A DNA stretch of 64,000 nt. It comes from Clostridia bacterium. Lineage in GTDB: Bacteria; Bacillota; Clostridia; TANB77; CAG-465. A model generated the notes under the pieces. That model made no database searches and had not been told where the DNA came from. It saw nothing but the letters and a program-made list of their open reading frames with translations. Positions within the stretch are counted from its first letter, which is position 1. The number at the start of each line of letters is the position of its first letter. The DNA is taken from contig JBJEXW010000037.1 of assembly GCA_051886195.1 (NCBI GenBank), forward strand, positions 7,831 through 71,830. Direction: 5' to 3'. A program made the translations under genes and the position numbers. Below are positions 18,736 through 30,300 of the stretch, one piece after another.

Positions 18736-19647
18736 ATGGAGATAGCAATTTTAGTATGTAATCAAAAATTAAGTTATGATTCTGTTTTTCAAGCATATTC
18801 AATGTATGAATATTTAAGAAAACAAGAAAATCAAGTACAAATAATAGATTATAATTTATTAAATAAAAAAAGAAATAAAAAGAATATAATGTTATATAAT
18901 TTTTTATATAATAATACAATACTTACTGTCAATAGATATAATAGCTTAGAGCAAATTGAAGATAATCAGCCACTTGTAGATAGATATATTATTATTAATG
19001 GAAGTTATAATGAATTAACACTTAAACTAAATGGAAAAGATAATATTGCATATGGAGTAAAAGATTTAGATAACTCAGAAATGAAAGAATTAAGTAAAAA
19101 TTTTTCTACTATTTCTTCAATATACGATATAAAAAATGATGATATCCCAAAGGTGGTTGATCCAATCTTTTTACATTCAAAGGAAGAATGGAGCGATATA
19201 ATATTAGATAAAAGTAGTATTAAGTTATCTCAAGAATATAATTTAATATATAGTGATTATGTTACAAAAGATATGTTGAAATATGCCTCAATAATATCTC
19301 AGAAAAATAACTGTAAAAATTATATTGTTTCAGAAAAAACAGAAGAACTTTTTTATAATGGAAAAAGACTAAAAAATGTAAATCCAATAGAGCTTGCAAA
19401 TTTGATTTTTGAGGCTCAAGAAGTAATTACTTCTTGTAATGATGGAATAAAATTATCTGTTTTATTTGATAAAGATTTACATATTTTTACTTCAAAAGAA
19501 GAACAAATAGAATTAATAAATGAATTAAAAGTACAAAGTAGAATTGTAAATGATTCTGAAACAATTTTACCTAGAAAAGTGGATTATGAAAAACCTAAAA
19601 AAATAATTTCAAACTTGAAAGAGAAATCTTGTGAGTTATTAAAATAG
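18736..19647 (+). CDS. polysaccharide pyruvyl-transferase-like protein (divergent)
   Basis: N-terminus MEIAILV..SYDSVFQAYSMYEYL....VQIIDY and C-terminal ANLIFEAQEVITSCNDG follow the pattern of PS_pyruv_trans proteins, with SFHG replaced by SCNDG. The ATG at 18736 lies 7 nt after AAGAGGAA. Confidence 0.45.
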   Translation: MEIAILVCNQKLSYDSVFQAYSMYEYLRKQENQVQIIDYNLLNKKRNKKNIMLYNFLYNNTILTVNRYNSLEQIEDNQPLVDRYIIINGSYNELTLKLNGKDNIAYGVKDLDNSEMKELSKNFSTISSIYDIKNDDIPKVVDPIFLHSKEEWSDIILDKSSIKLSQEYNLIYSDYVTKDMLKYASIISQKNNCKNYIVSEKTEELFYNGKRLKNVNPIELANLIFEAQEVITSCNDGIKLSVLFDKDLHIFTSKEEQIELINELKVQSRIVNDSETILPRKVDYEKPKKIISNLKEKSCELLK

Positions 19648-19648
19648 T

Positions 19649-19680
19649 AAAGAAGCACTTCGCTATTGAAGTGCTTCTTT
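19649..19680. terminator. bidirectional terminator between convergent genes
   Basis: 13-bp stem AAAGAAGCACTTC / GAAGTGCTTCTTT flanked by A and T runs. Confidence 0.8.
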
Positions 19681-20323
19681 ATTTACCACCAAATAAAGCT
19701 GCTAAGTCTTTAAATGAAGACATTAGGCTAAATAATAAAACAAGCAATAGAAGAGCTAGAATTATTGCTTTTACGCCTATTTCTTTAAACATGTTTTTGT
19801 AATATTGTTTTGTTTCTTCTTTTTTTAGTTGTTTTAATTCTTCTATACTCATTCCTTCATATGGATTTTGAGGTTGAGGAGGAGTAAAGCCATTAAAACC
19901 ACCATATCCGCCATTATTATAATTAGGATTATATTGTTGATTATATGGATTATTATAGTTTACATTATTATATGGATTATTTGAATTTTCAAAATTCATA
20001 CCAGTAAGCCTACTTATATATTCATCTTTTTTTGCAATTACTTGTTTTAAATATTCATTTTCTTGAATTATACTTTCAATTTGAGGATTAGTTTGTGAGC
20101 TTTCTTCAACTTCAAGTTCGGCATCATATTTTGCTCTTTCATTGTCATCGGAAAGTACATTGTATGCCTCGGTTAATTCTTTAGATTTTTCTTCTGCTTT
20201 AATTTTTTCTTCACCTTGGAATAAATCAGGGTGGTTAGCTTTCATATGTATTTTAAATATCTTATTTATAGTATCTTTTGAAGCTTTTCTACTAACTTCT
20301 AATACATCATAATAATTTTTCAT
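19679..20323 (-). CDS. J-domain protein with N/Y/Q-rich linker and C-terminal TM anchor
   Basis: N-terminal YYDVLEV...HPD motif, an NNPYNNVNYNNPYNQQYNPNYNNGGYGGFNGF low-complexity tract, and a C-terminal hydrophobic helix AIILALLLLVLLFSLM. Confidence 0.8.
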   Translation of the reverse strand: MKNYYDVLEVSRKASKDTINKIFKIHMKANHPDLFQGEEKIKAEEKSKELTEAYNVLSDDNERAKYDAELEVEESSQTNPQIESIIQENEYLKQVIAKKDEYISRLTGMNFENSNNPYNNVNYNNPYNQQYNPNYNNGGYGGFNGFTPPQPQNPYEGMSIEELKQLKKEETKQYYKNMFKEIGVKAIILALLLLVLLFSLMSSFKDLAALFGGK

Positions 20324-20470
20324 AATTTTCTCCTATATATAAGTATATTGTACTTTAAATAAAAAATAAAGTCAAGCAAATAGAAGATATGACAAAATTC
20401 TACGTAATTATAAAAATTATATTAAATTTGATCATTCGTATTGAAAAAAAAGATTGGTATGATATAATGA

Positions 20471-22108
<1,638 letters not shown>

Positions 22109-22181
22109 AATGTCATTTTTTAGTTGCAAAAAATAGCATTATAGTATATTATTTTATTGTAATGTATAGGAGGTATAAGTT

Positions 22182-22535
22182 ATGGTACAAGAAAGAAATA
22201 TTGTAGTGGCAGTATTATTATCTATTATCACATGTGGTATCTATGGAATTTACTGGTTCATTTGTCTAACAAATGATGCAGCAAAATGTGCAGATACTCC
22301 AGAATTTAGCGGTGGAAAGGCTTTCTTATTCACACTTATCACTTGTGGTATTTATGGATTCTACTGGTATTATAAAATGGGAAAAACTTTACAACAAGCT
22401 AATGAAAAAGCTGGAATTAATGCAAGTGATAATTCAATACTATATTTAATCTTAGGATTATTTGGACTTGGAATTGTTAACTACTGCATTATGCAAAGTG
22501 AATTAAATACTTTAGCTAAAAAGACAGCTGCTTAA
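22182..22535 (+). CDS. DUF4234-like membrane protein
   Basis: Duplicated ITCGIYGIYW / ITCGIYGFYW motif in TM helices. Confidence 0.65.
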   Translation: MVQERNIVVAVLLSIITCGIYGIYWFICLTNDAAKCADTPEFSGGKAFLFTLITCGIYGFYWYYKMGKTLQQANEKAGINASDNSILYLILGLFGLGIVNYCIMQSELNTLAKKTAA

Positions 22536-22544
22536 TTTAAGTTT

Positions 22545-22919
22545 ATGAAAAAGCGAGATTATATTTTTTGTATAATTTTGATTATGGTTATGGCAATACT
22601 ATATTTGAAGTATGGTATTGCTATACCATGTATATTTAATGAAATAACAGGATTATATTGTCCTGGTTGTGGAATTACAAGAATGGTTTTATCATTATTA
22701 AAAGGAGACATATATCAAGCTTTTAGGTATAACCCAATAATATTTATTGACATACCAATAATTTGTATTTCTCTTATTTTTGAAAAATGTTTCAAAAATA
22801 AAAAAAATATAAAAAAGATAACAAATATTGTTTATATTATATTACTTATCATTACAATTATTTTTGGAGTATTAAGAAACATACCACAGCTAAGTTTCTT
22901 AGCTCCAACTGAAATATAG
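22545..22919 (+). CDS. DUF2752-like membrane protein
   Basis: CPGCGITR motif after the first TM helix. Length is 124 aa. Confidence 0.65.
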   Translation: MKKRDYIFCIILIMVMAILYLKYGIAIPCIFNEITGLYCPGCGITRMVLSLLKGDIYQAFRYNPIIFIDIPIICISLIFEKCFKNKKNIKKITNIVYIILLIITIIFGVLRNIPQLSFLAPTEI

Positions 22920-22920
22920 A

Positions 22921-22953
22921 AGACAGAATCTTTTATTTGATTCTGTCTTTTAT
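22921..22953 (+). terminator. rho-independent terminator
   Basis: Stem AGACAGAATC / GATTCTGTCT followed by TTTTAT. Confidence 0.8.
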
Positions 22954-23026
22954 ATTTCTTAATTTTCTTGCAAAATAACGTTATATATAGTAAAATATTA
23001 TATAGTTTTAAATAGGAGATGATTAT

Positions 23027-23680
23027 TTGTTAAATATATTTACAAAAGAGGGGCTAATAGCTTTTTTATATACATTACCAGCATTATTAATTTCATTATC
23101 TATTCATGAGTATGCTCATGCATGGATGGCATATAAGCAAGGAGATATTACACAAAAGATACGAGGAAGGTTAAGTTTAGATCCATTTAAGCATATTGAC
23201 CCAATGGGATTTTTATGTATTGCACTTTTTGGTGTGGGATGGGGTAAGCCTGTAATGGTAGACGATAGAAACTTTAAAAATAGAGCTAGGGGAACAATGC
23301 TTACAGCACTTGCAGGTCCTGTTTCAAATCTATTACTTGCTTTGTTACTTACAATAGTATTAAAATTATTAATTATGACAGGAGTTTTAACTACAGTTGC
23401 AACTACTACGATAGGTGGAATATTTCTTACTATGTTTTTATATACAATACAATTTAACATTATCTTTGGAATATTCAATTTAATACCATTGCCACCACTT
23501 GATGGCTCAAAAGTTTTAGAGTATTTTTTACCTCAGAAATTAAAGGGGATAATGTATACGTTAGAAAGATACTCATTTATTATAATATTAGTTATCTTTT
23601 GTACAAATATAGCTTCATATATAATAAATCCAGCATATAATTTGATTTTGAAATTTTTATACTGGATTATCTCATTATAG
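23027..23680 (+). CDS. site-2 protease family (M50) zinc metalloprotease
   Basis: TTG start 8 nt after GGAG. HExxH motif as IHEYAHAW inside a TM helix, in a polytopic protein. Confidence 0.8.
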   Translation: MLNIFTKEGLIAFLYTLPALLISLSIHEYAHAWMAYKQGDITQKIRGRLSLDPFKHIDPMGFLCIALFGVGWGKPVMVDDRNFKNRARGTMLTALAGPVSNLLLALLLTIVLKLLIMTGVLTTVATTTIGGIFLTMFLYTIQFNIIFGIFNLIPLPPLDGSKVLEYFLPQKLKGIMYTLERYSFIIILVIFCTNIASYIINPAYNLILKFLYWIISL

Positions 23681-23695
23681 GAAAGAGGAGAAAAA

Positions 23696-24697
23696 ATGAT
23701 TTGTTTAGGAATAGAAAGTAGTTGTGATGAAACAGCAGTAGCTATAATTCAGGATGGAAGAAAAGTACTTGCAAATGTTGTTTCAACTCAAATACCGATT
23801 CATAAAAAATTTGGAGGTGTTGTTCCTGAGATAGCTTCAAGAAAACACTTAACTAATATTGCCTTTGTTGTTAAAGAAGCATTAGATAACGCTAATTTAA
23901 CTTTTGAAGACATAGATTATATAGGTGTAACATATGGCCCAGGCCTTATAGGCGCATTACTTGTTGGAGTGGCATATGCAAAATCACTTGCTTATGCTTT
24001 AAATATACCTATTGTACCAACACATCATATAGCAGGACATATTGCTGCAAATTATTTAACATATCCAGAATTGAAACCACCATTCATGTCTTTAGTTGTT
24101 TCAGGTGGACATTCACATCTAATATATGTAAAAGATTATACAGATTTTGAAATTATTGGAAAAACAAGAGATGATGCAGTTGGAGAAGCTTTTGATAAGG
24201 TCGCAAGAGTATTAGGACTTCCATATCCTGGAGGACCAGAAGTTAGTAAGCTTGCAAGAGAAGGAAAACATACATATGATTTACCAAAAACTAAGTTTGA
24301 AAATTATGATTTTAGTTTTAGCGGTATTAAAACTGCTGTAATTAATATTGCACATAAAGAGGGAGAAAGCTTAAGAAGAGCAGATCTTGCTTGTTCTTTT
24401 GAACAGACTGTAACAGATGAACTTGTGCAAAATTGTATGGCTGCAATGAAAGATTTAAAAATAAATAAAGTAGTTCTTGCTGGAGGAGTTTCTGCAAATC
24501 TTGTATTAAGAGAAAAATTACAAAAAGCATCAAAAGAAAGAGGATATGAGTGTTTTGTACCAGATTTAAAATATTGTACAGATAATGCTGCAATGATATC
24601 TAGTGCAGCACATTATAACTTTGTTTCAGGAAAATATTATGATATAAAAGATAAATTAGATTTAAATGCAGTAGCAAACTTAAAAATTGAAGAATAA
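23696..24697 (+). CDS. tsaD: tRNA N6-adenosine threonylcarbamoyltransferase
   Basis: GIESSCDETAVAI N-terminus, HHIAGHI and SGGHSH motifs. Length is 333 aa. Confidence 0.95.
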   Translation: MICLGIESSCDETAVAIIQDGRKVLANVVSTQIPIHKKFGGVVPEIASRKHLTNIAFVVKEALDNANLTFEDIDYIGVTYGPGLIGALLVGVAYAKSLAYALNIPIVPTHHIAGHIAANYLTYPELKPPFMSLVVSGGHSHLIYVKDYTDFEIIGKTRDDAVGEAFDKVARVLGLPYPGGPEVSKLAREGKHTYDLPKTKFENYDFSFSGIKTAVINIAHKEGESLRRADLACSFEQTVTDELVQNCMAAMKDLKINKVVLAGGVSANLVLREKLQKASKERGYECFVPDLKYCTDNAAMISSAAHYNFVSGKYYDIKDKLDLNAVANLKIEE

Positions 24698-24721
24698 TAT
24701 AAAGAAGGTCAGGTGAAAATA

Positions 24722-25432
24722 ATGGCAATATATGCAATATCAGATTTACATTTATCATTTGGTGTAAATAAACCAATGAATATATTTGGAAAAGTATGGG
24801 ATAATTATGAAGAAACAATAAAGCAAAATTGGATAAATACTGTTAAGGAAGACGATACTGTTATAATCCCAGGGGATATTTCTTGGGCTATGACATTAAA
24901 TGAATGTATTAGAGATTTTGAGTATATTAATAGTTTGCCTGGAAAAAAGATAATACTTAGAGGAAATCATGATTATTATTTTTCAACTAAAACAAAAATG
25001 CAAAAGTTTTTTGAAGAACAAGGATTTAAAAACTTTCAAATAATTCACAATACAGCCTTTGAGGTAGAAGACTATATAATATGTGGTACAAGAGGATGGG
25101 GAAAAACAGAAAATAATACTTCTGATCAGGATAAGAAAATAATAGCAAGAGAAGAAATAAGACTTAAGAATTCATTAGAAGAAGGAAAAAAATTACAAGA
25201 AGAATGTTTAATAAAAGGAGAGAAAAAGGATATAATTGTAGCATTACATTTTCCACCTTTTATTTCAAATTTTGTAAAAATAATGGAAGAATATGGTGTA
25301 AAAATATGTATTTATGGACATTTACATGGCTATGGGCATAATATGGTAAGAGAAGGAATAATTGGAAATATAGACTATAAAATGGTAGGTTGTGACTATA
25401 CTGGTTTTAAACTAATAAAACTAAGTAAATAA
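24722..25432 (+). CDS. metallophosphoesterase (calcineurin-like)
   Basis: Motifs ISDLH, GDISW, GNHDYY and GHLH. The ATG at 24722 follows AGGTGA. Confidence 0.8.
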   Translation: MAIYAISDLHLSFGVNKPMNIFGKVWDNYEETIKQNWINTVKEDDTVIIPGDISWAMTLNECIRDFEYINSLPGKKIILRGNHDYYFSTKTKMQKFFEEQGFKNFQIIHNTAFEVEDYIICGTRGWGKTENNTSDQDKKIIAREEIRLKNSLEEGKKLQEECLIKGEKKDIIVALHFPPFISNFVKIMEEYGVKICIYGHLHGYGHNMVREGIIGNIDYKMVGCDYTGFKLIKLSK

Positions 25433-25446
25433 TTTTCTAAAAAATA

Positions 25447-25475
25447 CTTGAAAAATTAGTAAAATAATGTTACAA
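25447..25475 (+). promoter_or_regulatory. sigma-A-type promoter of tRNA-Trp
   Basis: TTGAAA, 17-nt spacer, TACAAT with a TGt extension. It ends 16 nt before the mature tRNA 5' end. Confidence 0.55.
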
Positions 25476-25490
25476 TTACTATTGTTAGCT

Positions 25491-25564
25491 TAGGGGCATA
25501 GTTCATCGGTAGAATAAGAGTCTCCAAAACTCCAGAGCTGGGTTCGATTCCTAGTGCCCCTGCC
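25491..25564 (+). tRNA. trnW: tRNA-Trp (anticodon CCA)
   Basis: Acceptor stem AGGGGCA / TGCCCCT, anticodon loop CTCCAAA, T-arm GGTTCGATTCC, encoded 3' CCA. Confidence 0.9.
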
Positions 25565-25576
25565 ATAATGTTTAGA

Positions 25577-25603
25577 CATACCAGTCCTTTGACTGGTATT
25601 TTT
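25577..25603 (+). terminator. rho-independent terminator after tRNA-Trp
   Basis: Stem ATACCAGTC / GACTGGTAT, loop CTTT, followed by a T run. Confidence 0.75.
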
Positions 25604-25636
25604 TACATAAATAAAAAATAGGAGTGAATAAAAAAA

Positions 25637-26524
25637 TTGGATAGATTTGATATAACAAAAAGAGTAGGAACTTTAGGAATTATAGGTAATATTTTTTTAT
25701 TAGTTATAAAAGCAGTAATTGGTTTTATATCTAAAAGTCAAGCTATGATAGCAGATGCGGCTAATAGTGCGGGAGATATATTTGCATCCTTGATGACTGC
25801 AATAGGTAATAAAATTGCTAGTGAACCAAGTGATGAGGATCATAATTTTGGACATGGAAAAGCTGAATATATTTTTTCATTATTTATTAGTTTATCTATG
25901 ATGGGAATAGCTTTAAAAATATTATATGATTCTATATGTTCAGTAGTATATAAAAATGAGATTACCTTTTCATGGTGGTTGATAGCAGTATGTATTATAA
26001 CTATAGTTGTAAAATTATCGTTATATATATATTCTAAGGGTGCTTTGAAGAAACACAACAATATCCTTTTAGAATCAAATATGAAAGACCATAGAAATGA
26101 TTGTATTGTTACAACATTCACAACAATATCTGTTATTTTAAGTAGATTTAATATTTATTGGTTTGATGGTGTAGTAGGTGTTGGAATATCTTTTTGGATT
26201 TTTTACACTGGTGTAAAAATATTCATTGAAAGTTACAACGTTTTAATGGATAAATCTTTAGAAGATGAAACAAAAGATAAAATATATGACTTTGTTAATA
26301 ATTATGAGGAAGTAAAAGGAATACAGGAAATGTACACAATTCCAACAGGATACAAGTATATTGCTGTACTTACTATTTTTGTAGATGGAAAACTAGAAAC
26401 ATTTAAAAGCCATGAAATTGCAGATAAGTTACAAGATGACATAGCAAATAATTTTGATAGTATTGATAGAGTTATAGTACATGTTGAACCATTAATATGC
26501 AATGAAGAAAAAGAAGTCAAATAA
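25637..26524 (+). CDS. cation diffusion facilitator family transporter
   Basis: TTG start. Six TM helices, the DHNFGHGKAEY motif, and a C-terminal cytoplasmic domain ending VIVHVEP. Confidence 0.9.
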   Translation: MDRFDITKRVGTLGIIGNIFLLVIKAVIGFISKSQAMIADAANSAGDIFASLMTAIGNKIASEPSDEDHNFGHGKAEYIFSLFISLSMMGIALKILYDSICSVVYKNEITFSWWLIAVCIITIVVKLSLYIYSKGALKKHNNILLESNMKDHRNDCIVTTFTTISVILSRFNIYWFDGVVGVGISFWIFYTGVKIFIESYNVLMDKSLEDETKDKIYDFVNNYEEVKGIQEMYTIPTGYKYIAVLTIFVDGKLETFKSHEIADKLQDDIANNFDSIDRVIVHVEPLICNEEKEVK

Positions 26525-26531
26525 TTACACA

Positions 26532-26562
26532 GAAAGTGATTTTAAATCACTTTCTTTTTTTT
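26532..26562 (+). terminator. rho-independent terminator
   Basis: Stem GAAAGTGAT / ATCACTTTC followed by T8. Confidence 0.75.
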
Positions 26563-26637
26563 CATACTTATGTTAAAATCTTGATATAATTTTATTGCAT
26601 CATTAATTGATATAAAAATAGAAAAGGAGAGAAAATA

Positions 26638-27186
26638 ATGAAAATAGGAATAGATATTGATGATACTATCACAGATACTTATTATAAAGTTTTAGAATAT
26701 ATATCTAAAGAAAAAAACATAGATTTTGAAACATTAAAAGAGAAAAACTATAATTATGACGAATTGTATGGTGGTGTAGATTATCCACCAATGGGAGAAT
26801 TTATTTGGAATAATTTTTATAAAATAATTCCAACAATAGAAGTAAAAAAAGACGCGGTTAAAATTATGGAAAAGATAATTAATGATGGGCATGAAATAAT
26901 TTTAATAACAGCTAGAAGCCATGCTAAACCAAATCAAACAGAAGAATATTTAAAAGAAAAAAGAGTTCCATATAATAAATTTTTTGAATGTATTCATGAT
27001 AAAGGAGAGCTTGCAAAAGAAGAAAAAATCGACTTATTTATTGACGATAGTATTAATAATTGTAGTCAAGTATTAAGAAATAATATTAATGTATTACTTT
27101 TCGATGCACCATATAACAAAAATTGTAATGAGTATAATAGAGTATGTAATTGGGAAGAAGTATATGAATATATAGAAAAAAAATAA
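26638..27186 (+). CDS. HAD-superfamily hydrolase (NT5C-like nucleotidase candidate)
   Basis: N-terminal DxDxT motif (IGIDIDDTITDT) and a later ITAR and FIDDS pattern. Confidence 0.55.
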   Translation: MKIGIDIDDTITDTYYKVLEYISKEKNIDFETLKEKNYNYDELYGGVDYPPMGEFIWNNFYKIIPTIEVKKDAVKIMEKIINDGHEIILITARSHAKPNQTEEYLKEKRVPYNKFFECIHDKGELAKEEKIDLFIDDSINNCSQVLRNNINVLLFDAPYNKNCNEYNRVCNWEEVYEYIEKK

Positions 27187-27198
27187 ATAAAAATTTTT

Positions 27199-27253
27199 TA
27201 GCAATTAAAATACACGTAAAATAAATGATAGGCGTATTTAATTGCTATTTTTT
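27199..27253 (+). terminator. long-loop terminator hairpin
   Basis: Arms TAGCAATTAAAATAC / GTATTTAATTGCTA (one bulged A) with a 20-nt loop, followed by T6. Confidence 0.5.
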
Positions 27254-27396
27254 AGTTAAAATAATAATATTAGATAGAAATATTAACAAGATGTTATAAA
27301 CATTACAAAATTATTAAAAAAATAATAATTAATGAAAAAAGTTATACTTAGTTGTAAAATATAAGATATAGATAAGTGTAAAATGGGAGGAATTAT

Positions 27397-30300
27397 ATGA
27401 AAAGATTAAAACTATTATCAATTATAGTTTTATCATTAGCATTTATATTAAATATAGGAACTGTAAAAGCTACAGATTTGCTTGAAGATGATGCAGCTAT
27501 TGTTACATCAATTGAATTAAAACAGCTTAAAACAGGTACAGGTCCTTGGGATGATAATGATGAGGCTGGAAATGATTCAAGTGCGAATAATCTTATAGTG
27601 CGTTCATTTGATCAAGTGACTTGGACTATTGAAAATACTATGGAGATAACAAATGATGCAGAAAAATATACTGGAGGAAAATTATATTTTGAAGTAACAA
27701 TACCAGAAGGATTTACTTCTGAGACATTTAAATGGGATTTAGATTCAATGAACTGGATTGAAGAGCCACAGGTGTCTTCAGATGGAATGACTTTAACTGG
27801 TTATTATAGTATGAAGACAACAGATACAACTATACCAGGAAAACAAAATTTAATTTTTACTGGTAAAGTATTAGGTGCAAGAAATGGTACTATTTTAGAC
27901 CCAGTTTTTAAAACATGGCTAAATGGTAATACAGAAGATGAGTATTGTACTGCTAAGTTTGACAAAATAACTGTTAGTTCTACACCAAATTATAATGTAA
28001 AAATTGCAAGAAATGGAAGTTGTGCAAATAGAACTACTATAACTTTAGACGGAAAAGAAGTTGGTGGTAGAATGTTTGGATATGTTGTAATTTTTCAATT
28101 ATATAATACAAGCGTATCAAAAGGAATGAAAGGTGTAGAATATCCAACAGGTGAGTTTTTAACAGACATTAAATTAAATTTATATAAGAAAGTAAAGGGA
28201 GCTAACGAAGATATATCAGATGAAGTAACACCAATATTATGGCAATATTATATTGCTGGTACTGGTGGAACTGCAGGAGCAGGATTTATTGAAGGAAGAG
28301 AAATATATAAAGGAAATAGTGGATATGTATATAATGGTAGTAACTTAACACCAAATGGATATTTGACTTCAAATAGAGATAATTGTATATTTGATTCAGG
28401 TATTCCAACTATGACACAAGAGGATAATACTATTCACTTGTCTATAAAAGACTATAAATTTGATGGAATTTTCCCTAGAGTAACAAGAGATGGAAATGCA
28501 AATACTGCAACAGTTTATCCTGCAAATGTTGGATGTTTCTCATCTATACAATTCCAAGTATTTGTTCCAGATTTTGATACTTATGATAGTACAGGAACAT
28601 ATTACCTATATGTAACAGACGAAAACATGCAAGCTACATCTTTAAGTAATATAACTTCAAATACACAAAATGCTACAAATGATGATTCAACTAACGTACA
28701 ATATATGCAATATAAAACAGGATCATATAGTAACTATATTCACTTAGTTAAAAGAAAAGATAAGAATTTATGGATATCATATTGTTCAAGTGGTTGGGGA
28801 GCAGGTGACTCAAGAGTGTATAGAGGTCAAGAAATATCTATATGCCCTCAATTTACACAGCATGAGTCAAATGATGAAGAATGTAAAATACAATCTATTA
28901 ATAACCTATTAAAATTTGATGGAGACTGTTATGATCCAGTTGTATTAAGTGATGGAACAGCTTTTCAAGTTACACCAAATGAAATGACTTTTAAAATATG
29001 GTATGCAACTAAAAAAGATGGAACAAATTGGAGTTCTCAGACAGAGATGAACAAAGCTACATTAGATGATATGATTTTATATAAAACATTAGATGAAATA
29101 CCAGATGGATATACATGTACAGGTATATACATGGAATCAACTGGAGGAATAATGAATTCAACAAGTAGCATGTTAAGAATTCCATTCGTTATTAAACAAA
29201 CAGCTAACATAAATCAGACATATGGTGTTACACAAATACCTGTATATTTTACAGAGTCATTAGATAGAAGTATTTATACCGTAGATAATCCAGATGTGGT
29301 TTGGCCAACAAATTATGTGTATAGAAGTCAAAGAGACTATGTAAAATCTGAATTTGATGAAGCGGGTGCAATAATTACAGGTACACATTATAATGGTATA
29401 TCATGGGGAAATACAGCACAAGTAGTTGGAGCAGAACAATCAATTTCAATTGTAGCAATTGATCCAAATACACAAGAAAATAAAATTAATTATGATATGA
29501 GTAAGAATGAATATGACGTTACATTTAAAATGTCACCAGTTCTTAAAAATACAATTGATACAGTAAATTTTGGAGAATCAGATGTAACAGTTGATGCTAT
29601 AGCAAAATTACCAAGTTCTATGAGTTATGTTGCAGGATCTTCAAATTATGGTGATCCAGAATTAACTTTAAATCCAGATGGAACAACAACTCTAACTTGG
29701 ACAATATATAATTGCACAGTTAATGAAACAATTGAGCCAATAACTTTTAAAGGACATATAAATGAAGAAAGCTCTAACGGAGAGCAAATTACTGTAAATG
29801 CTGAAATAGATGCTGATACAACAAAAATTGGTACAACAAGACCAGCAGCTAGAGTTGCTCAAACTACAGTTCAAGTAATAGATTTAGCAGCTCATAGATT
29901 GTATAAGACAGTAAAAACACCTGTAATTGAGCAAAATGGAGAAATTCATTATACGGTATCATATAAAAATAATACTGATTCTATTATTGAAGATTTCCAA
30001 TTATTAGACATTTTACCATATAATGGAGATACAAGAGGAACAGATTATACAGGCACAATGCAAGTAACAAAACTTGTAATTACACAAAAAGATGAAAATG
30101 GTAATGTTTTATCTTCAAATGACAATTTGAAATTATATTATACATCAGATGAATCAGCTAAAGAGGCAACAGCTAAAGATCAAAATCTTGGAGAAGACTG
30201 GACACTTTCAACTAGTGAAAATATAATGTCAAGCTTAACAGCATTTGCACTTAAAGGAAAAGTTGGTTCTCAAGGTCTTGTAACAGTAGATATATATATT

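Noticed and set aside
18641-18919. 92-aa minus-strand ORF
   Set aside because: It overlaps the promoter and 5' end of the 18736 gene. It has no RBS and a Y/F/L/N-rich chance composition.
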